64,000 nucleotides of DNA, from the IMG/VR virus record IMGVR_UViG_3300027733_000053. The stretch is one strand, 5' to 3'. Position 1 is the first letter of the stretch, and each line of letters begins with the position of its first letter. This document shows, in pieces, positions 28,609 to 38,449 of the stretch. Below the pieces are notes generated by a model. It worked only from the letters and a program-made list of their open reading frames with translations, was not told where the DNA came from and made no database searches. Position numbers and translations under genes: made by a program. Source of the DNA: an uncultured virus (IMG/VR IMGVR_UViG_3300027733_000053) (lineage: Duplodnaviria > Heunggongvirae > Uroviricota > Caudoviricetes > Crassvirales).

Positions 28609-31218
28609 TTATTTTTTTGTTGATTTAGCAGTTGCTTTTGCTGCTAATTTTGCTTTCTCTAATTCGTGTTCGTGACCTATACCTTGCTTAATTTCTTCCG
28701 ATAAATTAATAAGATGTCTGTCTGCAACCTTGCCTTCGTTAGCAACGTGCTGAGCAGCAACCTTCCCTTGGTTAGCAGCTTCTTGAACATCTTTTTTACC
28801 ACCAGTATTAATGTAGGCAACAGTATCTGCGCCTTGGTTTTTAAGTGATTGAAGTTGCATCTGCAGGCTATATTCAAACTCAATCTTCTTCATATCAATC
28901 TCAGCTTGAGCGTTGATGACAGCAATTTTGTTTGCTGTTATTGCCTGGTCTAATTGAGCCTGAGCTTGTGAAGCAGCTTGAGCTGATTGCATTTGAACAG
29001 CTCCATTATTCTGAATGTCGTTAGCCTTAGCTTGTTCTGCATTCTTGCGATTCTTATCTTCCAACAGAACCATCAATTGCGCTGCAGCCTTTACATCTTC
29101 CTTCAACACCATTCTTATTCTTACAACATCCGAAGGCATTAATACACCTTGCTGTATACCTAGATTGATAAGACCTTCTAATTGAGATTTCTCTTCATCA
29201 TCAGGAAGCATTTCTATATCAATAGCAAATTGATTGAAAGCAATCTTTTTACCGTATGTTAATGTTTCAGTTGAATAAGCTCCAATAGCATTTGTGAAAG
29301 CTTCATTATCATAAACGATACAATCCTGTATCATTAATGCCAATCGTTTAGCTTGACGTACAATAAGGTTATTAGCGAACTGAGTCAATGGACGTAATGC
29401 ATTATTAGATGCTTGTATCGCCATCTTTTGTGTTCCAACTAAAGCTTCTGTGTCAGGAGAGCTTGCATCTACTGCAGAGTTGTATCCAATAACATCGTTC
29501 ATCTTTTGAAGCTCATTGTTATAAGCTGCGAACAATACATTGAAGTCTCTTCCAATACCATTATCTAATGGCTCTATTACTCGTCCATTAATTACGTTAC
29601 CATTTTTATCGCGAGACCTGTAAGTGTAAGAACCTGTTTGTTCATACATTTTAGTAATCTCAATACCGTCCATCTTAGAGTTATTAGGATTACCCATACC
29701 TCCAACGATAGCGTCCATACCCTCAAGGTCAATAGCAACCCCTGGAGGTTTTGCCTTGATAAGTAATTGTTGTGTCTTTAAGTTGATAAGGTTGATTTGA
29801 TCTTCGTGAGGAATCATTCTCTCCACCAAAGATTTATTCTCCATATCATAAATACCTGGAGCAATTATCACAATAGGTAACTCAGCCTTTGGGCTATAGC
29901 TTCCTGCAATGTTATCGCGCTCGATATTCTCGGACATCTTGTAATTGAAAAGGTATGATGTCCCAGGGATCCATTTACCTTCGTATCTGTATTGACATTG
30001 CTTAGTGATTGTCTCAACTGAAGCATTTCTTTTATCTGTCTTTAACTTAGCAAAATATTTCTTTGCATCATCGATTGTCTTAGCAATCGCCTTACCTACT
30101 TCTAATGCCTCACCCTTAACTCCCCATTTAGAACCATTGTCGATAACAACTATCGCATCAGCAGAAACTTCGCCTGTGTAGTTAGATGATTTTTTATCGA
30201 AGAAGAATCCGCCTTTAGGATTAATCTTTTTTGTTCTTACCTCTTTGTTGATAGTAAGAAAGAAGAACTCCATCACCGTGATGTTGAAGTTATAATAAGG
30301 ACGAGATGCCGTTAGACCAGTGTTGTTATAATATCCCTCATAACTCAAGCTCCAACTCCAAAGGGGGTTGTTGTTCTTCCCCGCTTGTGTTTTAGCAATC
30401 TCGAATAGCTGTTCGTCCGTGAAGTCAGGATTCATTTGAGCAAGCTCATAAATCTGATATTGTTTCAACACCCCTTGATAGGAGATGTTTCGGAAGTCTT
30501 CATACTTAGAATAAGGGGTAATCAAATCTACAGGATCAACATATTCATAACGAATGTTTTTATCCTCATCATAATAACGGTAAGTAGCTGCTCTTTTAAT
30601 AACAACTAAGTCACGTAATATCTTTCTTCTTGTTTCCTCAGCATCGTTATTGTCAAAGACAAACTTAAGTGCCTTCTCCATTGAAATCGATGCTGCTGGT
30701 TTATATTTTAGTTTCAAATCAAGCTCTGCTTCATCCGAAGACTCAGGAATTTTTCTTCCTTTGTTTACTAATGGTATACCTGTCTTAGCCTCAGACTCCG
30801 CAGAAAAATCCTTAAGGAACATATCCGCGTATAGGTTATTACGATAGTCATCGTATTGAGTCTTTGATTCAGGGTCGATAGGATTACATTGAATCTTATA
30901 GTTCTGATTCATCATTCTACCAACGATGTTATCTACAATTGTAGCAATACGATTAACAGGAGAAAAATCTAAGTTAAGATACGATGTATCTCCGTTTAAA
31001 TCTAATCGGTCTTTATACTTTTGGATTGACTCAAGACCCTCCGCATATTTACGGTTCATAATATCTCGTTGTCTACGAGTATTAAAAAGGGTACTGTTCT
31101 TTGTGTATTCTGACCATATCGCTCTCGCGTATCTTAATCCATATGCATCTTTCGCCTTCTCTTCGCTTGATTCTAAAAATGATGGGAATGATGATATATT
31201 TTTTCCTTGGTCTGCCAT
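28609..31218 (-). CDS. Portal protein
   Basis: YA.G..SIQKYK..L..NGD.SYLNLD, YVDP, SLVERMIP, LVG.QK.A motifs. Confidence 0.88.
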   Translation of the reverse strand: MADQGKNISSFPSFLESSEEKAKDAYGLRYARAIWSEYTKNSTLFNTRRQRDIMNRKYAEGLESIQKYKDRLDLNGDTSYLNLDFSPVNRIATIVDNIVGRMMNQNYKIQCNPIDPESKTQYDDYRNNLYADMFLKDFSAESEAKTGIPLVNKGRKIPESSDEAELDLKLKYKPAASISMEKALKFVFDNNDAEETRRKILRDLVVIKRAATYRYYDEDKNIRYEYVDPVDLITPYSKYEDFRNISYQGVLKQYQIYELAQMNPDFTDEQLFEIAKTQAGKNNNPLWSWSLSYEGYYNNTGLTASRPYYNFNITVMEFFFLTINKEVRTKKINPKGGFFFDKKSSNYTGEVSADAIVVIDNGSKWGVKGEALEVGKAIAKTIDDAKKYFAKLKTDKRNASVETITKQCQYRYEGKWIPGTSYLFNYKMSENIERDNIAGSYSPKAELPIVIIAPGIYDMENKSLVERMIPHEDQINLINLKTQQLLIKAKPPGVAIDLEGMDAIVGGMGNPNNSKMDGIEITKMYEQTGSYTYRSRDKNGNVINGRVIEPLDNGIGRDFNVLFAAYNNELQKMNDVIGYNSAVDASSPDTEALVGTQKMAIQASNNALRPLTQFANNLIVRQAKRLALMIQDCIVYDNEAFTNAIGAYSTETLTYGKKIAFNQFAIDIEMLPDDEEKSQLEGLINLGIQQGVLMPSDVVRIRMVLKEDVKAAAQLMVLLEDKNRKNAEQAKANDIQNNGAVQMQSAQAASQAQAQLDQAITANKIAVINAQAEIDMKKIEFEYSLQMQLQSLKNQGADTVAYINTGGKKDVQEAANQGKVAAQHVANEGKVADRHLINLSEEIKQGIGHEHELEKAKLAAKATAKSTKK

Positions 31219-31235
31219 TATGGGATAATTTAAAA

Positions 31236-31269
31236 CAAATATAAGTAGTTATTAAGAATGATTATAAAT
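31236..31269 (-). promoter_or_regulatory. -7 promoter plus Fur/PerR-like box upstream of portal
   Basis: CAAATATA at 31236; ATTAAGAATGATTATAAAT at 31251. Confidence 0.7.
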
Positions 31270-31292
31270 AACAAACAAAAAGATGAAATGAG

Positions 31293-31325
31293 ATTTGCTA
31301 TTGAGAAAACATATCTCTACATTTG
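31293..31325 (+). promoter_or_regulatory. Bacteroidota housekeeping promoter TTTG...TACATTTG
   Basis: Matches the -33/-7 consensus; divergent from the portal promoter. Confidence 0.7.
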
Positions 31326-31354
31326 CATCACCATTTAATTAACCAAAACAATCT

Positions 31355-31723
31355 ATGTATCACCACATCAAAAAGGAACTATACCTTAAAGTAGAAGTTG
31401 AGCAAAAGATTTTCAACAAAGCTCTTCAGAATAAAATGGGAGAGATATGCGTTCCCAATACTCCAGAATGGCAAGATAAAATAAAACTCGAAAACAAATT
31501 TATTCGTTTAACCACAAACGGGTCATATATAGACTTAAAGATTCAACGCATATCTGTAAAGGATGATATCATCATCCGTCTTGGTGACATCATTGACTTT
31601 GACAGACAAAAGATGCACACATACACCAACACAAAGACAGGTGAACAATGTCAAGCAACAACAGTTCAAGGAGCATCAGATATTTTTAAAGTAAACCTTC
31701 GCCACATAAAAAAAGCAAAATGA
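31355..31723 (+). CDS. Hypothetical protein
   Basis: ORF downstream of promoter. Confidence 0.6.
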   Translation: MYHHIKKELYLKVEVEQKIFNKALQNKMGEICVPNTPEWQDKIKLENKFIRLTTNGSYIDLKIQRISVKDDIIIRLGDIIDFDRQKMHTYTNTKTGEQCQATTVQGASDIFKVNLRHIKKAK

Positions 31724-32526
31724 TAAAAGGAGTTGATAACTACGTTACCCTTGAGCCAATAACTCACACATACAAAGATACCGACAATCGATCATACGAG
31801 TCAGTGTCTAAGTTTCGTTCTCACTTCAAGAAACCTTTCGATAAAGAAATGATTGCCTATCAAGTGGCTAAGGCTGAAGGTAGAACAAAAAAATCAGTAC
31901 TTGATGAGTGGGATGGCAGAACAGAGGAAGGGACTAGAATACACAACGCATTAGAACGATACAATAAAACAGCAGCAATACTTCCATCAGACGAAGACTT
32001 AACGCTTGTTATAAAAGATATCGCAAAACAGTATTCAGGATACCACAGAGTATACAATGAGGTTGTTGTGTATGACACAGAAGAGATGATTGCTGGGACG
32101 ATGGATCAACCTATGCAAGTTACATCATCAAGCAAGTCGGTAATAGACATCGTTGATTTTAAAACAAACTACCAAGGCATAAAACAAAAGGAAGTAGATA
32201 AGAATGGTAAATTTAGAAATGATTATATGCTTGGCGCATTATCTCACCTTCAGAATTCGAAGTACAACGATTATGCTATACAGCTTTCTATCTACGCATA
32301 CATGCTTGAGAAGAAAGGCAATAAGATAGGCTCATTAGCTATTCATTGGATTAATCCTGCAGACCCTATGGACAACTTCATTATTCCTGTACCATATATG
32401 AAGCACGATGTCATCGCTATGATTAATTGGAAAAAAGAAAATGCTGTTCCTGTAGAACACATCGAAATAAAAGAAGAATCAAAAAAACAACCTTTATTAC
32501 CTAACCTTGAAAACTGGGATTTATAA
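31720..32526 (+). CDS. PD-(D/E)XK Cas4-like exonuclease
   Basis: GTRIH, E..V, IAGTMD, IVDFKT, Y.IQLS.YAY. Confidence 0.85.
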   Translation: MIKGVDNYVTLEPITHTYKDTDNRSYESVSKFRSHFKKPFDKEMIAYQVAKAEGRTKKSVLDEWDGRTEEGTRIHNALERYNKTAAILPSDEDLTLVIKDIAKQYSGYHRVYNEVVVYDTEEMIAGTMDQPMQVTSSSKSVIDIVDFKTNYQGIKQKEVDKNGKFRNDYMLGALSHLQNSKYNDYAIQLSIYAYMLEKKGNKIGSLAIHWINPADPMDNFIIPVPYMKHDVIAMINWKKENAVPVEHIEIKEESKKQPLLPNLENWDL

Positions 32527-32912
32527 TGACGTACTTCAGAACCTTCCAAAAACTAAACAATGCAGACCCTAAACCTGAAAAGGTTGTAAAGCCTAAGAAA
32601 GGGTTAACCTACAAACGTAAGGCAACAGGCGAAAAAGAAATATTTGAGCAGATATGGAATGAACGACCCCACTTCTGCCAGATATGTTTCACTCCAATAG
32701 GAGAGGCAACACCATCGAACTTTCCACACATCCTTCCAAAGGGACAAAATAAGTACCCTAAGATGAAGCTTGACAAACAAAATATTCTTCTTGGATGCGA
32801 AGATTGTCATGTTTTATGGGACAACAAACGCAAATCTATTCTTAAACACCCTGATTGGCAATGGGTTTTCGAACTTGAAGAATGTCTTAAAGAAAAATAC
32901 AAATTATTGTAA
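32526..32912 (+). CDS. HNH-type nuclease
   Basis: CQIC...HILPK...NI.L.C.DCH. Confidence 0.7.
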   Translation: MTYFRTFQKLNNADPKPEKVVKPKKGLTYKRKATGEKEIFEQIWNERPHFCQICFTPIGEATPSNFPHILPKGQNKYPKMKLDKQNILLGCEDCHVLWDNKRKSILKHPDWQWVFELEECLKEKYKLL

Positions 32913-32933
32913 CCTTTCTATTTATTACCCGTA
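32909..32933 (+). promoter_or_regulatory. ECF-type promoter
   Basis: GTAACC-N15-CGTA. Confidence 0.65.
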
Positions 32934-32942
32934 TAACACACT

Positions 32943-33626
32943 ATGGAAAAAGCAATCGGATACATTAGGGTAAGTACCTCTGACCAAGAAAATTCTCTTG
33001 AAGTTCAGGAATCACAGATCAGAAACTACGCTCAATTCAAAGGATTAGAGATAGTAGAAATATTCGTAGATGAAAACATCTCAGGAGGAACAGAGTTCAA
33101 CAAACGTCCTGCAGGGAAACGTCTTAACGAATCATTGTCAACAATAAAAAATGTCATAGCAATAAAGCCTGACAGATTATTTCGTAATCTAAAGGATGCA
33201 CTTATTACTACTGACGAATGGAACTCGGAAGACATTGCTCTTCACATCGTTGACCTTGGAGGAGCATCTCTATCAACACAGACTGCCCTTGGAAGACTTA
33301 TGTTCTCAATGATTATATCTTACGCTGAGTTTGAAAAGAATATAGTTGGAGAAAGAACTAAGGCTGTCCTTACACATAAAAAGAAATCTAAAAAGGTTTA
33401 CTGCGGCAAGGTGTTAGGGTTTGATAATGTTAACGGAGAACTTGTTCCGAATGAAGCAGAGCAGGAGATTGTAACCCTTATCAAGAATCTATCATTAAAA
33501 TATACAGACGTGCGCGTTGCACGAATACTTAACAACGTTGGATATAGAACAGTAACTGGAGTAGAATTCAGACCAACAACAATAAAGTACATCAAAGAAA
33601 ATAAATTATACACCTTAAACCAATAA
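32943..33626 (+). CDS. Serine recombinase (resolvase/invertase family)
   Basis: GYIRVST..Q, D..ISG, RP, DRLFR, AEFE...ERT. Confidence 0.92.
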   Translation: MEKAIGYIRVSTSDQENSLEVQESQIRNYAQFKGLEIVEIFVDENISGGTEFNKRPAGKRLNESLSTIKNVIAIKPDRLFRNLKDALITTDEWNSEDIALHIVDLGGASLSTQTALGRLMFSMIISYAEFEKNIVGERTKAVLTHKKKSKKVYCGKVLGFDNVNGELVPNEAEQEIVTLIKNLSLKYTDVRVARILNNVGYRTVTGVEFRPTTIKYIKENKLYTLNQ

Positions 33627-33628
33627 AA

Positions 33629-33877
33629 ATGGAAAAACATAAATATGATCTAAAGATTTATAATGGACGAGTAAAAGTTTATGTGGATGGATATGTGATG
33701 TTCACCTTTAATCAAATAGACTTTAAAGGCTATTACGCATACAAGGATGACACTAACCTGTACGGTCTTGATGTTTATCTTATGAATGATAAAGGAGGAG
33801 CAACTACAATGGAAGTTTATTTTAAAACCAAGGACAATTGGTTGAATATTTTAAAACTTTTAGATACACACTTATAA
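33629..33877 (+). CDS. Hypothetical protein
   Basis: ORF. Confidence 0.55.
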   Translation: MEKHKYDLKIYNGRVKVYVDGYVMFTFNQIDFKGYYAYKDDTNLYGLDVYLMNDKGGATTMEVYFKTKDNWLNILKLLDTHL

Positions 33878-33887
33878 ATCAATCACT

Positions 33888-34154
33888 ATGAAAACACAAG
33901 AAGAAATAGAACAGTTAGCAACAGAACACGCTAATTTAAAACCAAATTTTGATAGAGTAGAAGAAGAATATTATAATTCAGGTGCAATAAATGCCTACGA
34001 AAGTTTTATTAAAGGCTACACTAAATGTCAAGAAGATATGGCTGATAAGAAGTACACAGAAGAAGATATGATTAAATCATTTATGGCAGGAGTAAATTGT
34101 GAATCAAGAAATGGTAAAAACTTTGAGCAATTTATAAACCAATTAAACAAATAA
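33888..34154 (+). CDS. Hypothetical protein
   Basis: KKYTEEDM motif. Confidence 0.55.
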   Translation: MKTQEEIEQLATEHANLKPNFDRVEEEYYNSGAINAYESFIKGYTKCQEDMADKKYTEEDMIKSFMAGVNCESRNGKNFEQFINQLNK

Positions 34155-34160
34155 AATTAA

Positions 34161-34577
34161 TTAGAACTTACTCAACAAATTAAAGAGATAACCTGTCAGA
34201 TAAGCAATATGCTCGTTTGGCTCGTTATCTTCTCTCGTTAATCCGTGATGCACTGCTATCTGCTCGATCAAGTGATAGTTCTCATGAGCTAGTGTATTCG
34301 TATATTCCCTTACATACTCCTTACTCTTGTTTATCAATAAGAAATGAACGCAGCCGTGGCTCGTTGTTTTCTCTTTGAATGTAAACCCGTATGCATTCTT
34401 CCACTCATCCTCGTTATACTCATCAGTAAAAAGACCCACCTTCTCGCAAAACTTTAAAGCCTTTGCGTAAGATGAGTCATTTTCATATCTAATGAAGCAG
34501 ATTTTACTATCGTAAACAGGAATCTTAAACAAACATATAAATAATCCCTTCCCTTTACTCTTAGTTATCACTTCCAT
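34161..34577 (-). CDS. Small zincin-like protein
   Basis: LAHENYH...NEHIAYL. Confidence 0.6.
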   Translation of the reverse strand: MEVITKSKGKGLFICLFKIPVYDSKICFIRYENDSSYAKALKFCEKVGLFTDEYNEDEWKNAYGFTFKEKTTSHGCVHFLLINKSKEYVREYTNTLAHENYHLIEQIAVHHGLTREDNEPNEHIAYLTGYLFNLLSKF

Positions 34578-34643
34578 ATTTCCTAAATTTTAATAAAGAT
34601 ACTCAAAATATACCTCGATTTAGGAATCAAAAACTAAAAAACC

Positions 34644-35705
34644 TTACATATCAAATATGTGGGTAAAGCGTGCAATTTGCCCCTGCTTAGGATGGTGTAA
34701 ATACCCCTCAATCGCCTTGGGTACGCCCTTATAGCCGTTCCTGTCGTGCCATCCATCGCTGCCACTCGCTGAACGTGAACTTTCTATTGTCACACCGATC
34801 ATATCCTTCGCCACCTTGTGGTGAATATGGTGCGTGTAGAAGTAACGATGCACAGACTTGCTCCAATTCTTACACTCTATAGCCATCAGCTGAGGTAAGT
34901 CATTGTTTTTAGCCCCGTCACCGTGAGTCGTCCCTATAAGGTTGTCCCCGTATATGAAATACTTCCTGTGCTTCATGTCCGTGTCAAAAGTAATGTTGCT
35001 ACACGTTCTAAACCAGCTCTTTAACGCTTCAGCTAGGAACCATCCCGTCATATAGTCGTGATTACTAACGTTATGCACCACGTGAACGTCCGCAACACCC
35101 GTCAACTTCTCCACAATCTCCACGTAAAGGTTCTTAGCCAACAGAAAGTTATCGTACCACATACCATCCGTGTCCTGAGGAGTGCCACTTGTCGTTGTTC
35201 TCTTAGCGTTATCCGTGTGAAGGATGTCGTTTCCAATAATTAACACAATCTTGTCGATATTAAACCCCTGGCTCTTCTGCAATAAACCCTCAACACCCTC
35301 TCTTACCCTTCTAATAGCGATGCTATTGTTGTAAGTGTCACCCGTTTCGTACTCGCTGCCCAACTTCCCTATATGAATATCCGCAGGATCGACCACCAAA
35401 CAGTGTGCATCCTTTAGCTTCACCCTCTTAATAGAAGGGTACTTAGGGCTGTGCTTGTCCATGTCCTTCAACAGCTGAATCTTCAAGTCACCCAAAGACT
35501 TTGAGTTAGGCTTGGCAAACATACTAAAAACCTTACTCTTGTACCAATAATGCTTAACAGTACTCGGATCAATCCCAGCAGTTTCACATTCAGCTTCAAG
35601 TAATGACATCTGTATTCGGTAATTCTTTACTAAATCAACCTCATCCTCACTTAAACGCTTTCTGTTCATGCTGTCGGCTTCACCGAGATTTCTTTTGTTT
35701 GGCAT
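34644..35705 (-). CDS. Calcineurin-like metallophosphoesterase
   Basis: DIHIG, GND..H, SNHD, HGD, HIHH. Confidence 0.85.
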   Translation of the reverse strand: MPNKRNLGEADSMNRKRLSEDEVDLVKNYRIQMSLLEAECETAGIDPSTVKHYWYKSKVFSMFAKPNSKSLGDLKIQLLKDMDKHSPKYPSIKRVKLKDAHCLVVDPADIHIGKLGSEYETGDTYNNSIAIRRVREGVEGLLQKSQGFNIDKIVLIIGNDILHTDNAKRTTTSGTPQDTDGMWYDNFLLAKNLYVEIVEKLTGVADVHVVHNVSNHDYMTGWFLAEALKSWFRTCSNITFDTDMKHRKYFIYGDNLIGTTHGDGAKNNDLPQLMAIECKNWSKSVHRYFYTHHIHHKVAKDMIGVTIESSRSASGSDGWHDRNGYKGVPKAIEGYLHHPKQGQIARFTHIFDM

Positions 35706-35823
35706 ATTTTCTTTTTTTAGAGTTTATACTACTTAAACATGTTTCTTAGCCTGATAAACATCAGAACCAAAACGATTAATACTACAGCCGCAATTACAGC
35801 TAAGGTAGTTAAAATAATTTCTA

Positions 35824-36309
35824 TCATGGCATCACCTCCCTGTACGTTACTCCATCTATAACAACCTCCTTCGGATCAACAATCGTTGCCCAAACACCAT
35901 TCTTATAGATGACAGCTCCGTTCATCTCCAACATGTCCATATATAAGTTGTAATAAAATAGCACAGGAAGCACAATGTTGGCTATGTCCGAGTAGGCAGG
36001 GATTCTCTTGAACCCTATCGTACCACATAAGTTATGGCCAACCTTATATCCACGTCTTTTTGCACAAGAAATAAGATGCTCGCCTATCTCCTCATAGGTG
36101 GCTAAACGTAAGAAAGCTTTAAAGGCTGAATCAAAGTCTGATTCAAGCTTTAATAAGAATAATCCGTTGTGTACCCAGTCGCCTACCTTAAACTTAGGCT
36201 CAAATAGCTCGGGGAATAGTCTCTTGATCTCCGACTCTATAAATAGGTAGTCCATGTTTTTCTCTCCGTTTCCAATGTCGAAGATTAATTTTTTTTGTTC
36301 TTCTGTCAT
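35824..36309 (-). CDS. Hypothetical protein
   Basis: ORF with own ECF-type promoter. Confidence 0.55.
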   Translation of the reverse strand: MTEEQKKLIFDIGNGEKNMDYLFIESEIKRLFPELFEPKFKVGDWVHNGLFLLKLESDFDSAFKAFLRLATYEEIGEHLISCAKRRGYKVGHNLCGTIGFKRIPAYSDIANIVLPVLFYYNLYMDMLEMNGAVIYKNGVWATIVDPKEVVIDGVTYREVMP

Positions 36310-36338
36310 AGTTTTAGTTTTTATTGGTTTAACTGTTT

Positions 36339-36364
36339 AACGGTAATCGTTTGCAAAAGGTTAC
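36339..36364 (-). promoter_or_regulatory. ECF-type promoter
   Basis: GTAACC-N16-CGTT. Confidence 0.6.
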
Positions 36365-37161
36365 AATAAATCTGAAAGATTTTTAATTCTTTTGTATCCT
36401 ACGTCATACCTCCTATTGTGAGCGGCATCCATCAGAAATGTACATATGCCCGCATTGTTCAACTCCACAAAGTTATCAAACCTATCGTCCACAAAGATAT
36501 CTATTTCACTCTCCCTGGCAACATCCACCTTCGACACCCCATGACCAATAGAATAAACCTTAACCTGAGGGAATCCATTCCTCGCCAACCACTCCATCGT
36601 CCACTCCACAGGAACAGTTCTACTCGTTATATAGCAGTGAGGCTCAAAGGGTATATCGGAAGGCTTTATCTTCGGTGGAATACTCATCCAAAAATCCTTG
36701 TCCTCCCTCAACGCATCAAACTTACTGTTTATATCAAAGTCAAACCACCAATTCTCAGGAACTTCCATACCGTGATGTTTACACCAATGACTCACCCAGT
36801 CACATATAACCTCGTCTATATCCAAGCCTATCTTTGGTCGATTCAAATACTTGTGCGGTCTATCATCCCCCTGAGGGTAAATCTTATAGTACTCCGTCAA
36901 GAACCCCGCGTTACACATTATGTGAGCCACATGCAACAGTCCCGTCTCCTTGTCGAAATCCTCTCCAGACTCAAATGCCAGCACATGCCTCTTCAGCGAT
37001 GCCAATGCCTTACTCCACTTCATACCCATCTCCCAATTCCTGTCCGCATACTTCTCACCACCTGCAGTCAATACCTTCGCATACTGCTCCTGAGCAAACT
37101 GAGGGACAAGATCGTGTCTCGTCTTCCCAGCGTTAAATCGTAATCCCTTGTCTTCTGTCAT
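36361..37161 (-). CDS. dATP/dGTP diphosphohydrolase (DUF5664-like) fused to HAD 5'-nucleotidase
   Basis: GK.R.DL.P, KY.DRNW..G, RH, D.ETGL.H.AH..CN; then DIDEV...ITSR...FVDD. Confidence 0.8.
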   Translation of the reverse strand: MTEDKGLRFNAGKTRHDLVPQFAQEQYAKVLTAGGEKYADRNWEMGMKWSKALASLKRHVLAFESGEDFDKETGLLHVAHIMCNAGFLTEYYKIYPQGDDRPHKYLNRPKIGLDIDEVICDWVSHWCKHHGMEVPENWWFDFDINSKFDALREDKDFWMSIPPKIKPSDIPFEPHCYITSRTVPVEWTMEWLARNGFPQVKVYSIGHGVSKVDVARESEIDIFVDDRFDNFVELNNAGICTFLMDAAHNRRYDVGYKRIKNLSDLL

Positions 37162-37195
37162 AGTTTTTTAATTTTATTGGTTTATATACTCGTTC

Positions 37196-37220
37196 TACGA
37201 TAATACTTTTAAAAGGTTAC
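37196..37220 (-). promoter_or_regulatory. ECF-type promoter
   Basis: GTAACC-N15-CGTA. Confidence 0.65.
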
Positions 37221-37606
37221 AGCAAAAGTAAAATAAATTACCATAACATCCTAATTACACCCCATTTTCAACCAATTAATATGCGAAAAATTCAAAAAAA
37301 GTTTGCCCTTAGACCAACAACAATAACCCTCTCAGCGATACCCCCTGTTTTTTTATCCAGTTAAACGGAATCCGCCCCTCGTAAGAGCGTAAATCAAAAT
37401 TGACCTGTGGAAGTTTGAGTGGAGGATAATACGTAGGAAACGGGGGGCGCGCGTCCCATCCCGAAACCGAATCTGCGCGATGGGGTGGCTAGCAAACGGA
37501 AACGAAATCCAAATTCAAATCGAAACTACCCCCTATCCTAATCGCTGAGAGTCAACTAGTTACGCTGACAAGACCGAACTACTTTGTTTTTTGCTAGTCA
37601 ACAGGC

Positions 37607-37662
37607 AAACTAATCAATCACTAACGAAGGAAACTAATTTTGTTTGGTAATGTGAAACTAAT
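37607..37662 (+). repeat. Three AAACTAAT direct repeats at 24-nt period
   Basis: Copies at 37607, 37631, 37655. Confidence 0.6.
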
Positions 37663-37749
37663 TCCCTACCTTAGCCGCGTGTAACTAAGGTTTCCCTTTC
37701 ACACAATTTCCATATTCATTAAAAGTAAGACACAACTAAATTAAAAGCG

Positions 37750-38043
37750 ATGGCAAAGTATTACACAAAGGGGACACACCACCCTATTATCTTTCAGATG
37801 ACTAAGAATAATATAGCCAAAATAGACGTTTGTAAGGCTTTAGGAGTATGCAAGGCTACCTTAGATAGCTACATCAAAGATTATCGTTTAATTCGCGTAA
37901 AAGACCTACTTACGCTATCGGGTTTGTTTGGCTTATCTATAGAAGAGTTTGTTTACATCCTTGTTAGGCATAAACCTATGGTAAAGAAATCAGATAAGAA
38001 GTATCTATTTGATATTAGAGAAAGGAGTGAGGATGTTTTGTAA
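37750..38043 (+). CDS. XRE/Cro-like HTH DNA-binding protein
   Basis: IAKIDVCKALGVCKATLDSY...LSGLFGLSIEEF. Confidence 0.7.
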   Translation: MAKYYTKGTHHPIIFQMTKNNIAKIDVCKALGVCKATLDSYIKDYRLIRVKDLLTLSGLFGLSIEEFVYILVRHKPMVKKSDKKYLFDIRERSEDVL

Positions 38044-38243
38044 CTACCTTGTGTTAGTGTTGTTTGTTCTAGTGTGTTTACTAGAGGATAAAGATAACTA
38101 AAAGGATTAGGACAGCCCGCAAAAAAGCGGGACAGACTCTCGCCTTCAATCTTTACCCTTCGGGATAAAGGATTTACGGCTACCGCTTCTGTAGGCAATA
38201 ACGCACAGGCTATTGTCCGCGAATTCTGACGATACATTTTTAG

Positions 38244-38447
38244 CTAGCATCCAATAACGTACTTCTGAAGGTCTTCATAGCTCATCGCAATACCTTTGAA
38301 CGAGAATTCACCATTCAGGGCTTCCGTCAACGCTTGTATCTTAGCGTCTTTCCACTCATCCTTTAGCTCATTCTTGCCCCATCCTGTTTTACGAGACAAT
38401 TTCTCTAAGAATAGCTCTTCGATTCTGTTAAACAATTCTATGTTCAT
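38244..38447 (-). CDS. Hypothetical protein
   Basis: 67 aa ORF downstream of the structured leader. Confidence 0.55.
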   Translation of the reverse strand: MNIELFNRIEELFLEKLSRKTGWGKNELKDEWKDAKIQALTEALNGEFSFKGIAMSYEDLQKYVIGC

Positions 38448-38449
38448 TG

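Noticed and set aside
36418..37143. 241-aa plus-strand ORF
   Set aside because: Antisense shadow of the clearly conserved DUF5664-HAD gene; no recognisable motifs.
38226..38245. Other CTGACGA words (38226, 40241) as hammerheads
   Set aside because: No stem II followed by GAAA and no closing stems.
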